From Thermomicrobiales bacterium (lineage in GTDB: Bacteria; Chloroflexota; Chloroflexia; Thermomicrobiales; UBA6265), in NCBI GenBank assembly GCA_049841275.1, contig JASGDN010000036.1:10173-74172 (forward strand): DNA of 64,000 nucleotides, given 5' to 3'. The first letter of the stretch is position 1. Every line of letters begins with the position of its first letter. The position numbers and the translations under genes are program-made. Below the pieces are notes generated by a model. That model was not told where the DNA came from. It worked only from the letters and a program-made list of their open reading frames with translations, and ran no database searches. Below are positions 1 through 10,521 of the stretch, in pieces.

Positions 1-386
1 TGTTCGGCGGCTCGAACGTTCATATCTTCAATGACGATGTCACCGGCCACAGCGTGGATATGGATGCCGCGAAGGCGCTGATCGCCTTCTCCACCGGCCC
101 CGAATGGTCGACACGGCTGGCATGGGTTGGCTCGAATCCAGGACATCTGGATGGTTTCAAGACCTCCTGGATGAAGGAGCGCCTCGACACCATCCCCTTC
201 CTCGATGTCACCACGTCCATGCTGCCGTACGGCATTCCCTTCCCGGTGATCCCGGAGTCGACGCAGATCATGAACGAGATCGTGCCGAACATGCTCCAGA
301 ACGCGCTCACCGAGTCGAAATCGGTGAAGGATTCAGCGGATCAGGCCGCATCCGAGATCGAATCCCTCGTGAGCGGCGGCTACTAG
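1..386 (+). CDS. ABC transporter extracellular solute-binding protein, C-terminal fragment (5' end lies outside the window)
   Basis: The frame is open from nt 3 with no stop and ends at TAG 384-386. The tail (..IPFPVIPESTQIMNEIVPNMLQNAL..) looks like a family-1 sugar SBP. Two permeases and an ATPase follow directly. Confidence 0.7.
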   Translation, partial: FGGSNVHIFNDDVTGHSVDMDAAKALIAFSTGPEWSTRLAWVGSNPGHLDGFKTSWMKERLDTIPFLDVTTSMLPYGIPFPVIPESTQIMNEIVPNMLQNALTESKSVKDSADQAASEIESLVSGGY

Positions 387-404
387 CACCATCCAGCATC
401 GCTT

Positions 405-437
405 CCCCGGATTTCGGATAGTGTCCGAAATCCGGGG
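405..437 (+). terminator. Intercistronic stem-loop after the SBP gene (partial terminator or mRNA stabiliser)
   Basis: ccccggatttcgga / tccgaaatccgggg forms a perfect 14-bp stem with a 5-nt loop. It sits between the SBP stop and the permease start. Confidence 0.5.
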
Positions 438-506
438 AGATATCCACAGCGCCATCGGATTCCGTCCGGCGCGTTCTCGATCGTTCCGCTGTAGTCGAGG
501 GTCCAT

Positions 507-1493
507 ATGAGCACGGTTCCCCTCCAGCACGAGCCACCGCCTCCGGAGCGCGCGCTTCCGGGGGACCGAACCCGGCGCCGTGTTCCCGAGAAGAAGCGCA
601 ACATCCTTCTCCGCATCCGCGATCACTGGGCCGACTACATCTACATCGCCCCGGCGCTGATCGTGATGGTCGTGGTGATCGGGTATCCGCTCGTCTACAC
701 GGTCTACCTCTCGTTCTTCGACACACCCCCACGCGGCGGACGCACCTTCAACGGCATCGACAACTACACGACCATCCTCCAGAGCGAGCGGTTCTGGATG
801 GTGACGAAGAACACCTTCAACTGGACCATCTTCTCCACGCTCTTCGCCTTCCTGCTCGGGTTCGGCGCGGCGCTCGTGATCCAGCGCGAATTCATCGGGC
901 GGAGCGTCGTCCGCGGCCTGTTGCTGATTCCCTGGGTCATCAGCTACGTCGCGGCCGCCTACGTCTGGCGCTGGCTCTACCATAGCGACTACGGCCTGAT
1001 CGGCGGCATGCTCCAAGAATACGGCATCACGAGGGACCGTTTCGTCTTCCTCGACTCCACGACCTGGGTCATGCCATCGCTGATCGTCGCGAACGTCTGG
1101 AAAGAGTTTCCATTCGTCATGATCATGCTGCTCGCCGGGCTGCAGACGGTGCCAGACCAGCTGATGCGCGCGGCGCGCGTCGACGGCGCAAATTCGTGGA
1201 ACCAATTCGTCCACGTCACCGTGCCACACCTGAAGAACGTTATCGTCATCACGCTGCTCCTGCTCTTCGTGACGAACCTGAACTCCTTCGGCCTCATCTG
1301 GATCATGACCGGAGGCGGCCCAGCCTACGCCTCCCAGATCTGGATCGTGGAGATCTACACGCTCGCCTTCCGCTCGCTGCGCTTCGGACTGGCGTCGGCA
1401 TTCTCCGTCATCCTCTTCCTCTTCATGCTCAGCATCGGCTACTTCTACGTCCGCGCCATGACGAGCGGCGAACGCGAACGGGGGTCGGCATGA
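507..1493 (+). CDS. Sugar ABC transporter permease (MalF/UgpA-like, CUT1 family)
   Basis: 328-aa polytopic protein with the EAA loop MRAARVDGANSWNQFVHVTVP. Its stop overlaps the next start (ATGA at 1490-1493). Confidence 0.9.
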   Translation: MSTVPLQHEPPPPERALPGDRTRRRVPEKKRNILLRIRDHWADYIYIAPALIVMVVVIGYPLVYTVYLSFFDTPPRGGRTFNGIDNYTTILQSERFWMVTKNTFNWTIFSTLFAFLLGFGAALVIQREFIGRSVVRGLLLIPWVISYVAAAYVWRWLYHSDYGLIGGMLQEYGITRDRFVFLDSTTWVMPSLIVANVWKEFPFVMIMLLAGLQTVPDQLMRAARVDGANSWNQFVHVTVPHLKNVIVITLLLLFVTNLNSFGLIWIMTGGGPAYASQIWIVEIYTLAFRSLRFGLASAFSVILFLFMLSIGYFYVRAMTSGERERGSA

Positions 1494-2383
1494 GCATCCA
1501 TCAGACCGAACGCCGGAAAACGTCCGGCTCACGCGAGAAGCGGAGGTTCCGATCCGACCAGCTGCTGGGCTGGATCTTCCTCGTCTTCCTGCTGGCCTAC
1601 GCCGTCATCCCCATGCTGTGGATGCTGTCGACCTCGCTGAAGACGCAATTCGGCGCGCTCCAGCAACCGCCGCGCTGGATCCCGGAACATCCGACGCTGG
1701 CGCAATACCGGTTGCTGCTCTCACCGTTCAACGACGTTGGCCGCGACTTCCTCCGTTACCTGCTGAACAGCCTCTGGGTCTCTACCGCAACGACCGTGCT
1801 GGGTGTCCTGGTAGCGGTGCCTGCGGCCTATGCCTTCTCGCGGTTCCGGTTTCCGGGCCGGAACGCACTCTTCTTCACCGTCCTCGTGCGGAACATGTTC
1901 CCGCTGGTGGTCTTCCTCATCCCGCTCTTCATCCTGATGAAGAACCTGCACCTTGTGAACACGCACTGGTCGCTCATCATCACGTACCTGACATTCGGCC
2001 TGCCGCTCTCGATCTGGCTGCTGAAGGGGTTCTACGACAACATCCCGCCCCAGCTCGAACAGGCCGCTCGCATCGACGGGGCGAGCCGGTTCCAGGCATT
2101 CTGGCTGATCGTGATGCCGCTTTCCTCGCCGGGCATCATCGCCACCGCCATCTACGCGTTCATCCAGGCCTGGAATGAGTACGTCTACGCGACGACGTTC
2201 CTCTCCGACGACCGCCTGCTGACACTGCCGGTCGGACTCCAGCGATTCTTCGCCGAGTACTCGACGAACTGGCCGGGCCTGATGGCGGCATCGTTCATCA
2301 TGAGCGTACCCGTCGTCGTGATGTTCCTGCTGCTGCAGAAGTACTTCGTCCGCGCACTGACCGAGGGCGCCGTCAAGTCGTGA
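1490..2383 (+). CDS. Sugar ABC transporter permease (MalG/UgpE-like, CUT1 family)
   Basis: The ATG at 1490 overlaps the upstream stop. EAA loop EQAARIDGASRFQAFWLIVMP. The tracked 1196 start is an off-target extension overlapping the previous gene. Confidence 0.9.
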   Translation: MSIHQTERRKTSGSREKRRFRSDQLLGWIFLVFLLAYAVIPMLWMLSTSLKTQFGALQQPPRWIPEHPTLAQYRLLLSPFNDVGRDFLRYLLNSLWVSTATTVLGVLVAVPAAYAFSRFRFPGRNALFFTVLVRNMFPLVVFLIPLFILMKNLHLVNTHWSLIITYLTFGLPLSIWLLKGFYDNIPPQLEQAARIDGASRFQAFWLIVMPLSSPGIIATAIYAFIQAWNEYVYATTFLSDDRLLTLPVGLQRFFAEYSTNWPGLMAASFIMSVPVVVMFLLLQKYFVRALTEGAVKS

Positions 2384-2442
2384 ACGAACGCCGGGATGCG
2401 GCGCCTTCGCCCCATCCCGGCTGACCAGACCGGAGTGCATGC

Positions 2443-3555
2443 ATGGCCAAAGTGGTGCTGGATCGGGTGCTGAAATCGTACGAAGGGGTCGTCGCCGTCA
2501 ACGAGGTCTCGCTGACGATCGAGGACGGCGAATTCGTCTCGCTCGTCGGCCCGTCCGGCTGCGGCAAGACGACGACATTGAACCTGATCGCTGGGCTGAT
2601 CGATATCACGGACGGTGAGATACGGATCGACAACACCACGATCAACGACCTCGACCCGAAGGACCGCGACATCGCGCTCGTTTTCCAGAACTACGCGCTC
2701 TACCCGAACAAGAGCGTCTACGACAACCTCGCCTTCCCGCTGAAGATGCGGAAGATACCGAAGGCGGACATCGACGCCCGCGTCCGGCAGACGGCGGAGA
2801 CATTGAGCATTACACCGTTGCTCGCCCGCCGCCCGCGCGAACTCTCCGGGGGCCAACAGCAGCGTGTGGCCTTGGGACGGGCGCTCGTGCGGAACCCGAA
2901 AGCATTCCTGATGGACGAGCCGCTCTCCAATCTCGACGCCAAGCTGCGCGTCCAGATGCGGTCGGAGTTGAAGCGGTTCCACCAGGAGTTGCACGCAACC
3001 GTCATCTACGTCACGCACGACCAGCTCGAAGCGATGACGATGTCCGACAAGATCGCAGTGATGGAGGGAGGGAATCTCCAGCAGTTCGGGCCTCCGGACG
3101 AGATCTACCACCGGCCCGCAAACGCTTTCGTGGGCACCTTCATCGGCAGCCCGTCGATGAACCTCCTGCGGGGAACGGTCGAGGCGCGCGACGGAACGAC
3201 GACAGTGACCGGGAACGGCTGGCGAATGGTGTTGCCCGGCGATCTCGTGGGCGCGCTCCACGCGGCTGGCTCGCCGGACGAGGTGATCGTTGGCTGCAGG
3301 CCCTCGCACGTCGATCTTTCGCACGAAGGATCGGCGACCGGCTTCCCCGCCGAGGTCTATACGATCGAGCCGACCGGCGAGGTGACCTACGTGCATCTGC
3401 GCGTCGGGACGCAACTACTGGTGGCAGCGGTCGATCCCGCATTCCGGGTTGCAGTGGGCAATCACGTGTGGGTGGAGTTCCCTGCCGCGTGGATGCACCT
3501 CTTCGACGGAAAAACGGAACGCTCGATCCTGCGTGATGTGCCGGTTCCCGCCTGA
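2443..3555 (+). CDS. Sugar ABC transporter ATP-binding protein (MalK/UgpC/MsmX-like)
   Basis: Walker A GPSGCGKTT, signature LSGGQQQR, Walker B LMDEPLSNLD, and a C-terminal TOBE-like regulatory domain. Confidence 0.92.
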   Translation: MAKVVLDRVLKSYEGVVAVNEVSLTIEDGEFVSLVGPSGCGKTTTLNLIAGLIDITDGEIRIDNTTINDLDPKDRDIALVFQNYALYPNKSVYDNLAFPLKMRKIPKADIDARVRQTAETLSITPLLARRPRELSGGQQQRVALGRALVRNPKAFLMDEPLSNLDAKLRVQMRSELKRFHQELHATVIYVTHDQLEAMTMSDKIAVMEGGNLQQFGPPDEIYHRPANAFVGTFIGSPSMNLLRGTVEARDGTTTVTGNGWRMVLPGDLVGALHAAGSPDEVIVGCRPSHVDLSHEGSATGFPAEVYTIEPTGEVTYVHLRVGTQLLVAAVDPAFRVAVGNHVWVEFPAAWMHLFDGKTERSILRDVPVPA

Positions 3556-4067
3556 GCCCACCGCCTGCCCGCACAGAACGCGGATGGCTCGCCGCATCCC
3601 CCGGACATCGTTGTCCTGAAGATGCGGTAAGCCATCCGCCCAGCCAGACGCCACGCGACCGCAACCTTCCAGATGGAAGGCCCCGCCTCGGACTCACTGG
3701 CCGCATTCGATCCCCTGAAGGAAACGTGCGCGTAGTGTGATCCACAACGAAACCGATTACAAGATCGTGAAAATCATCACCAGATACGCCAAATGATGCA
3801 TACATATCGTAAGCCACGAGGGCCATTGAACGATCGCGCCCACGCGTTCGCGTAGCCGCGCCGGCTCGTGCAACGCGGGTTCCTCCAGTCCTGCCAGGCC
3901 CTTCCGCTCCAGATCCAAGCCATGCTGCCAGGTCGGCTGTGCATATCGTTCACAAAGCGGAAGGCTTCTGCTACCGTGTCGCAACGCGAACCCCGATCGA
4001 CAACGATGTCCATTCGGTGATTCCCCGTTCGGCAGACCAGCATCAACGCATATCAGGAGTGGCATCC

Positions 4068-4910
4068 ATGCGCCTGAACCACGTCAAGCAACGACTCAAG
4101 CAAGGAGAGCCTTCGATCGGAACGTGGCTCTCCCTCCCCTCCCCCGAGGCCGCAGAGCAGATCGCCCAGTTGCCCTTCGACTGGCTGGTCATCGACTCCG
4201 AGCACAACCCCGAAGATATCCGCACGCTCTCGCTGATGTTCATGGCCATGTCCCGCGCCGGCATCGCACCGATGGTGCGCATCCCGTGGAACAGTCCTGA
4301 GAATTTCAAGCGCGTCCTCGACGCGGGCGCCTGGGGCATCGTCGTGCCGATGGTCAACACACGCGAAGAGGCCGAACAGGCCGTCCGCGCCACGCGCTAC
4401 TATCCGGAAGGGAACCGCAGCGTCGGCGGTGGCCGCCACGCCATCAGCTGGGATACCTCCGGAGCGGAGTACTACAAGAACGCGAACGAGCAGGTCCTGC
4501 TGGTCGCCCAGATCGAGCATATCGACGGCGTCAACAATGCCGACGAGATCCTGAGCACGCCGGGTATCGATGCCTGCTTCATCGGGCCGAACGACCTCGC
4601 CGCTTCGATGGGGCTCGGGCTCGGCGTTTCCCTCGAAAGCGACGATCCCCGCCTGGTCGAGGCGATCATGCACATCCGCGACACCTGCAAGAAGCACGGC
4701 GTCGCCACCGGCATCCATACGTCCGGCGCGGACGCCGTCAACTTCCGGATCGGTCAGGGATTCCAGTTCTGCGCGATGGCCAGCGAGCTCCGCTATATGG
4801 TGGGCTTCATGAAGGACGACATCGGGAAGCTCAACTGGTCCGCTTCGCCGCGCGGCGACCTGGAAACCACTGGCCCGGTCGCGGAGGCTGGGACGATCGT
4901 CCGCTACTAG
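4068..4910 (+). CDS. HpcH/HpaI-family 2-keto-3-deoxy-acid aldolase
   Basis: Motifs GTWLSLPSPEAAE, DWLVIDSEHNP and FIGPNDLA. The ATG at 4068 is preceded by AGGAG at 4055-4059. The tracked 3939 start is probably too far upstream. Confidence 0.85.
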   Translation: MRLNHVKQRLKQGEPSIGTWLSLPSPEAAEQIAQLPFDWLVIDSEHNPEDIRTLSLMFMAMSRAGIAPMVRIPWNSPENFKRVLDAGAWGIVVPMVNTREEAEQAVRATRYYPEGNRSVGGGRHAISWDTSGAEYYKNANEQVLLVAQIEHIDGVNNADEILSTPGIDACFIGPNDLAASMGLGLGVSLESDDPRLVEAIMHIRDTCKKHGVATGIHTSGADAVNFRIGQGFQFCAMASELRYMVGFMKDDIGKLNWSASPRGDLETTGPVAEAGTIVRY

Positions 4911-4979
4911 CATTCGCGGCCAGCAATGCCGGCCCTTCCGGCGTTGCCAGGTGCCGCCACCGATGGAGAACACCGTTCC

Positions 4980-5933
4980 ATGACCCTGAACGTTCTGATC
5001 TGCTCGGGAGAGGGCGAGGACTTCTTCCACTTGCTCGATGATCTGGAAGGTTTCGCGATCGACCGCTGCCAGCCCAGCGAGCTGGCCGAGCGTGCCGCCG
5101 ACATCGACATCTACTACGGCCATCCGACCGTCGAGATGCTGAAGATCGCACCGAAACTGAAGTGGATCCAGTCGCCCAGCGCCGGTGTGGAGTTCGTTGC
5201 CCGGATTCCGGAACTGGTCGCCAGCGACATCATCCTCACCAACACGCGCGGGGCACACGGCCCTTCCATCGGTGAGCATACGATGGCGCTTCTGCTCGCG
5301 CTCACCCGGCATATTCCCGAAAGCCTGGACCAACAACACCGCAAGCACTGGGAGCGAGGCCGACTCTACCGCACCGCGCGTGAGGTCGGTGGCCTGACGA
5401 TGGGCATCATCGGCTTCGGCGCGCTCGGGCGCGGCATCGCCCAGCGAGCCAAAGCGTTCGACATGAACCTGCTCGCGGTCGATGCGCAGGCCGTGAACGG
5501 CGATCCCTGGGTCGAGGAAGTCTGGCCGGTGAGCCGCCTCGACGACCTGCTCGCGCAGTCCGACGTGGTGGTGGTTGCCTGTCCGTTGACGCCAGAGACG
5601 CATCACCTGCTCGGCGCAGACCAGCTGGCGATGATGAAGGATGATGCTTACCTGATCGTCGTCTCACGTGGCGGCATTGTCGAGGAAGGTGCCCTGCTCG
5701 CGACACTCACGAGCGGCAAGCTCGCCGGAGCGGGCATCGATGTGGTGGAACAGGAGCCGATGCCGGCCGACGATCCCTTCTGGGACGCACCACGCATGAT
5801 CCTCACGCCACACCTCGCCGGGGCATCTGCCCCGAAAGAACGGCGCGTAGTGGAGATCTTCCGCGACAACCTGGTCCGCTTCCAGAACGGCGAGCCGCTC
5901 GTGAACGCCGTGGACAAGGCTCGCGGCTACTAG
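4980..5933 (+). CDS. D-isomer-specific 2-hydroxyacid dehydrogenase (NAD-binding)
   Basis: Rossmann motif GIIGFGALGRGIA, plus VSRGGIV and TPHLAG. ATG at 4980 with GGAGAA about 10 nt upstream. Confidence 0.88.
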   Translation: MTLNVLICSGEGEDFFHLLDDLEGFAIDRCQPSELAERAADIDIYYGHPTVEMLKIAPKLKWIQSPSAGVEFVARIPELVASDIILTNTRGAHGPSIGEHTMALLLALTRHIPESLDQQHRKHWERGRLYRTAREVGGLTMGIIGFGALGRGIAQRAKAFDMNLLAVDAQAVNGDPWVEEVWPVSRLDDLLAQSDVVVVACPLTPETHHLLGADQLAMMKDDAYLIVVSRGGIVEEGALLATLTSGKLAGAGIDVVEQEPMPADDPFWDAPRMILTPHLAGASAPKERRVVEIFRDNLVRFQNGEPLVNAVDKARGY

Positions 5934-5956
5934 ACCCGATCCAGACACCGATGATG

Positions 5957-5990
5957 CGATGCGTTCCGGAAGTCGTTCCGGAACGCATCG
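5957..5990 (+). terminator. Stem-loop terminator after the dehydrogenase gene
   Basis: cgatgcgttccgga / tccggaacgcatcg forms a 14-bp perfect stem with a 6-nt loop, 24 nt after the stop. Confidence 0.5.
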
Positions 5991-6047
5991 TGCGATTCCG
6001 GCCTCGTTCGCTACCCGTTTGCCCGTCGCAATGGGAACCGATGCCGC

Positions 6048-6728
6048 ATGGAAACGCTCTACCTGAAGGCGTTGGGACTGGGAATCGCCGGATTCGACCC
6101 CAGCGGCGCATTGGTCGCCATGGCCTTCCTCGCCGCCGGCGCCACCCGCAAGGCTGTCTTCCTCTTCTGCCTCGTGTACCTGACCGGGACGATCCTCCTC
6201 CTCACCATCGCCTCGGTGATCCTCAGCACGACATTACCCGGCACCGACTGGCGCATCCTCGATAGCCACCCCCGAACGAAGGCAGTGGTGGAACTGGCGA
6301 TCGGCATCGTCCTCCTCGCCATTGCCACCTACCATCACTTCCACACAGGCACCACTCGATCCTCGAAGCCCCGCTCCCTCCCGGTCTCGATCTGGGCAAC
6401 GGCCGGAACCGGTCTGCTGCTGGCAATCGGGGTGATTGGCGATCCGGCATTGCTCGCCTTCACGGTCGTCGCCGGCACTGCGAGCAACCTCCTCACGATC
6501 GCGATCGCGCAGATCGTCGCCGTTGTCGCCAGCAAGATACTGGTCGTAGTGGTGATGATCGCCGTCGCGGTCGACACCGATGGCCAGCTCATCGAGCGGC
6601 TGCGCACGTGGTGGACGCGCGCTACCCCGGCAATGGGACGGATTGTCACGATCGTGCTGATCGTCATGGCCTTCGCGCTCATCGTCAATGCCGCCTGGTG
6701 GTTCCGGACCGATACCTTCATCTTGTGA
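6048..6728 (+). CDS. Polytopic integral membrane protein, function unknown (GAP/Sap-like assignment is tentative)
   Basis: 226 aa with about 6 hydrophobic helices and GC3-rich codon usage. No catalytic motif recognised. Confidence 0.6.
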   Translation: METLYLKALGLGIAGFDPSGALVAMAFLAAGATRKAVFLFCLVYLTGTILLLTIASVILSTTLPGTDWRILDSHPRTKAVVELAIGIVLLAIATYHHFHTGTTRSSKPRSLPVSIWATAGTGLLLAIGVIGDPALLAFTVVAGTASNLLTIAIAQIVAVVASKILVVVVMIAVAVDTDGQLIERLRTWWTRATPAMGRIVTIVLIVMAFALIVNAAWWFRTDTFIL

Positions 6729-6931
6729 TCATGTCTGTGAGACAGGAATCCCCGCGGAACCAAGCCTCGTCATATTGTCCAGCGACGGGCGCGATCTTCG
6801 CCAAAGCAGCCGGTTTCGTGTAGGCTAAAGGTGACGTTCCGTTCGGACCCGTGCATCATCGTTCCTGGACACTTGGCCGATCGCACGTGCCCTCCGGACC
6901 CCGCTGTTCCTCGCTGGAGTCCCGCCCGGCC

Positions 6932-8806
6932 ATGCACGAATCCCCAGAACCACCATCAAGCCCCTCCTCGGTGGTGGTCTTGCGCAATCAAAGCGATCGA
7001 CCGCTTCCGTGGCTCACCTGGCCCTATGGCCTCATCTTCCTTGTGGCATTGCTCGGCGTCGCCGCCACGTATGCCTACGACGCCTTCCTGAAATCCGATT
7101 CGCCCCCCCAGGAACTCGTCTTCCGCGTGGTCGATGCCAACGATGCGCCGGTCGCAGGCGCCGTCGTCCGCGTCGGGAATGTCGAGCAGGTGACCGATAA
7201 TGATGGCCTCGCCCGGCTTCCTGGCCGCGAGGGCACGCAGCCGATCACGGTCGAACGGGAGGGGTTCGTCGGCGAGCAGGGCACGATTGACCCCGCCGAC
7301 GGCAACCGCCGCGAAATCACATTGCATGCCGTGTCCCACGCATCAGGCGACGAACAGGCCGCCGTCACACCCGCGCCTGCCCCTCCGGACAACGCTACAA
7401 CCGCCGTCGATACGTCGGCGACGCCATCGCATCTCGACTCGACATCGGTCGCCCCGATCGCCTCCCCCGGAACGACACTCGAAGGTCTGAGCGGTGACGA
7501 GATTGCGGGCAAGGTCCTCGATACCGAGGGCAAGCCGATCCAGGGTGCGCGGGTCGCCTCCGGAGACACCTGGAGCGTGACCGGTGCGGACGGCATCTAC
7601 CATCTCGACCGTGCGAAGGTCGATGCCAGCAAGCCGCTTCGCGCGTTCGCCTCCGGCTACCCGGACACAGACGTGCCCGTGCCCGCCGCCGGAATCGCCC
7701 AGAACGTCACCCTCGATGAATACATGGTGAAGGCGATCTACCTGAATCCGACCATCACCGATACTCCGGAGAAAATCCAGGCGCTGATCGACATCGCCAA
7801 TACGACTGAAATCAATGCGATCGTGATCGACATCAAGGAGGAATGGATCTTCTACGATACTCAGGTCAAACTCTTCCGCGATGCCGGCACCGTCAATCCG
7901 ATCATCGACGTACCCGCCATGCTCAAGCAGATGCAGGACAACGGCATATACACGATCGCCCGGCTCGTGGTCTTCAAGGACAGCCTCGTCGCCGAAAAGC
8001 GCCAGGACCTGGCCGTGAAATCGACCGTCACCGGCGATGCCTGGCGCGACATGAATGACGTCGCCTGGGTGAATCCGGCCAACCACGAGTTGTGGGAGGC
8101 GAACACGCAACTGGCCGTCGAAGCGGCCACCCTTGGATTCGATGAGATCCAGTTCGACTACGTTCGCTTCCCGACCGATGGCGACCTGGAGACGATGGAC
8201 TTCGGTTTCGAGTTCACCCAGGCCGCCCGCGAGCATGCGATCAACGGCTTTGTGGACTACGCCTACCAGCGGCTCATTCCGACCGGCGCAAAGCTCTCCG
8301 CGGATGTCTTCGGCTACACCCTACTCGTCCAGGACGACCTCGGAATCGGCCAGAATCTGAAGACCCTGGAGCCCCATCTCGACTTCCTGAGTCCGATGGT
8401 CTACCCCTCGCACTACGGCGACAACTTCCAGGGCTATGCACCCCCCAACGACTACCCCGGCGAGGTAGTCGGCATCTCGATGCAGAGCGGTGTCGACCTC
8501 CTCGGTCTCACCCCGAAGAAGCTGCGTCCCTGGCTGCAGGACTTCGACTATTTCGGCGATGAGAAGCCATACAACGCGCCGGAAGTGCGCGCCCAGATCG
8601 ACGCGACGGAGGAAGCCGGCGCATCCGGCTGGATGCTCTGGTCGCCAGACAACGCCTACACAGTAGATGCGCTCGAACCCGAGTCTTCGTCGAGGCATCG
8701 TGACGGAACGAGTCTCGCAGCCATCGCGGCGCTTGCGGGAATGGCGGTCGTCCCGGCTCATGCTGCTGGAATGGCGGTCCAACGGGAAGCGCCGATCATC
8801 GCCTGA
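6932..8806 (+). CDS. Membrane-anchored putative glycoside hydrolase (DUF4015/GHL-like TIM-barrel domain) with N-terminal Ig/carboxypeptidase-regulatory-like repeats
   Basis: The central region (INAIVIDIKEE..IYTIARLVVFKD..AWVNP..GFDEIQFDYVRFP) matches my memory of the DUF4015 putative glycosyl hydrolase family. One N-terminal TM helix. The start is uncertain (GTG 6851 or ATG 6932). Confidence 0.7.
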   Translation: MHESPEPPSSPSSVVVLRNQSDRPLPWLTWPYGLIFLVALLGVAATYAYDAFLKSDSPPQELVFRVVDANDAPVAGAVVRVGNVEQVTDNDGLARLPGREGTQPITVEREGFVGEQGTIDPADGNRREITLHAVSHASGDEQAAVTPAPAPPDNATTAVDTSATPSHLDSTSVAPIASPGTTLEGLSGDEIAGKVLDTEGKPIQGARVASGDTWSVTGADGIYHLDRAKVDASKPLRAFASGYPDTDVPVPAAGIAQNVTLDEYMVKAIYLNPTITDTPEKIQALIDIANTTEINAIVIDIKEEWIFYDTQVKLFRDAGTVNPIIDVPAMLKQMQDNGIYTIARLVVFKDSLVAEKRQDLAVKSTVTGDAWRDMNDVAWVNPANHELWEANTQLAVEAATLGFDEIQFDYVRFPTDGDLETMDFGFEFTQAAREHAINGFVDYAYQRLIPTGAKLSADVFGYTLLVQDDLGIGQNLKTLEPHLDFLSPMVYPSHYGDNFQGYAPPNDYPGEVVGISMQSGVDLLGLTPKKLRPWLQDFDYFGDEKPYNAPEVRAQIDATEEAGASGWMLWSPDNAYTVDALEPESSSRHRDGTSLAAIAALAGMAVVPAHAAGMAVQREAPIIA

Positions 8807-8826
8807 CGGCCACGAAAGCACCGGCG

Positions 8827-10521
8827 TCAGCGGATGCGCCCCACCACTTGCTCCGCCTCCTCGACGGTCAGCACCTCGCCGCCAAGCAGGGCGTTCATCT
8901 GGGTCGAGAACGTCAGCGATCCGGTCAACACCTCGCGCGGCGATCCGGTCGCAACGATCTCGCGATCGCCGAGCAGCACCACCGTTTGCGAGAATCGCGC
9001 CATCAGCTCGACATCGTGCGTCGCGATGACGACCGGCATGCCTTCCGCACAGAGGCCTCCGAGAAGCGTCATCAGCGCATCCTTGGCCCGCCAGTCCATG
9101 CCGCGCGTCGGCTCGTCTAGCAGCAGGATCGACGGCGAGCCGGCCAGCACCACCGCAATCGCGGCCCGCACGCGCTCCCCGACGCTGAGATCGCTCGGAT
9201 GACGGTTCGCCAGATCCGCAATCCCGATCCGTTCCAATACATCATCCACGTCATCGCGGGACATGGCGACCTGCCGCCGGGCTCCAGCCGCATCGATGGC
9301 CGCCTGGACATCGGCGCGCACCGTTTCGTGCCAGAGCAGCGCGGCGGGCTGTTGCGGCACATACCCGATCCCCCCAACCAGATCGCCGGGCGGCATCATC
9401 GACGCGCCGGCCCGAATCGTCACGCGTCCCTTGCGTGGCCGGTCGAGACCGGAGATAGCCCGCAGCAGGCTCGTCTTCCCGCTGCCGTTGCGGCCCATCA
9501 ATGCCACCATCTCGCCCATCCGAATGGAGAGCGAGATATCGCGCAGGACATCCCGGCCACCGCGCTGGACCGTGACCCGTTCGAGCCGGACAGCCTCCGG
9601 ACCAGATACTGTCGACTTGGGATATGTCGCCTGAGACACGCCTTGGATCAAGTCATCTGCGAGTCGTTCATCGCTATTTCGGGCTGATACGGGATATGTC
9701 GCTTCGAGCGCCCGGCGCCCCTCCTTCATCGTCAGCGGCAGTGGTGACCAGCCGACGCGGACGCCAAGCTGTGTCACCGGCGGCAGCGCCTCGTTCGGCA
9801 GCCGCGGGAGCATCGCAGCGACCGGGCCACCTGCAGTCCCGCCTCCGGGCAGCATCTCGACAACACGGTCCGCATGATGCAGCGTCCGTTCGAGCCGGTG
9901 CTCGGACATCAGGATCGTCGTCCCCAGATCGTCGTTGAGGCGCTTCACAACCGTCAGTACATCCTCGGCCGCCCACGGATCGAGCTGGCTCGTCGGCTCG
10001 TCGAGCACCAGCACACGGGGATGCAACGCCATCGCGGACGCGATCGCCACCCGCTGCCGCTCGCCGCCGGAGAGGGTCGCCGGTGACCGTTCGCGCAGGT
10101 GGCCGATCCCCAGGAGATCGAACGCCTCCTCCACCCGCTTGCGCATCGTCGCCCGTGGCACGCCGGCCTGTTCCATGCCGAACGCGATCTCATCGTCCAC
10201 GCGATCGGTGAGCATCTGCGCCTCGGGATCCTGGAAGACGAATCCGACGATGGCTGCCAGGTCGCGGGGACCGTGCGACCGCGTATCGAGCCCGGCGACG
10301 CGAACCACCCCGGCCAGCCGGCCGCCAGAAAAGTGCGGCACCAGCCCGTTCACCAGCCGCAGGAGCGTCGACTTCCCGGAGCCGGACTCTCCCACCACCA
10401 GCGTGAACGATGCCGTATCAAGGTGGAGAGAGACATCGCGCAAGGCCGGTTCCGATATGGCGGGATAGGCGTAGGAAACGTCCTCGATGGCAACAATGGA
10501 CGGGACAAGGGATGCCGTCAT
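8827..10521 (-). CDS. ECF transporter fused double ATPase (EcfA1-EcfA2/CbiO-like)
   Basis: Two ABC cassettes: GESGSGKST/LSGGERQR and GRNGSGKTS/LSVGERVR. The ATG at 10521 overlaps the stop of the upstream T component (ATGA). The tracked 944-aa ORF is an artefactual N-terminal extension. Confidence 0.9.
   Translation of the reverse strand: MTASLVPSIVAIEDVSYAYPAISEPALRDVSLHLDTASFTLVVGESGSGKSTLLRLVNGLVPHFSGGRLAGVVRVAGLDTRSHGPRDLAAIVGFVFQDPEAQMLTDRVDDEIAFGMEQAGVPRATMRKRVEEAFDLLGIGHLRERSPATLSGGERQRVAIASAMALHPRVLVLDEPTSQLDPWAAEDVLTVVKRLNDDLGTTILMSEHRLERTLHHADRVVEMLPGGGTAGGPVAAMLPRLPNEALPPVTQLGVRVGWSPLPLTMKEGRRALEATYPVSARNSDERLADDLIQGVSQATYPKSTVSGPEAVRLERVTVQRGGRDVLRDISLSIRMGEMVALMGRNGSGKTSLLRAISGLDRPRKGRVTIRAGASMMPPGDLVGGIGYVPQQPAALLWHETVRADVQAAIDAAGARRQVAMSRDDVDDVLERIGIADLANRHPSDLSVGERVRAAIAVVLAGSPSILLLDEPTRGMDWRAKDALMTLLGGLCAEGMPVVIATHDVELMARFSQTVVLLGDREIVATGSPREVLTGSLTFSTQMNALLGGEVLTVEEAEQVVGRIR

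Noticed and set aside
3556-4067. 512-nt gap upstream of the HpcH aldolase, containing a 102-aa minus-strand ORF (3757-4065).
   Set aside because: The ORF has no SD, no motifs and atypical codon usage. I could not identify a regulator or an RNA motif, so I am treating this as a promoter/intergenic region.
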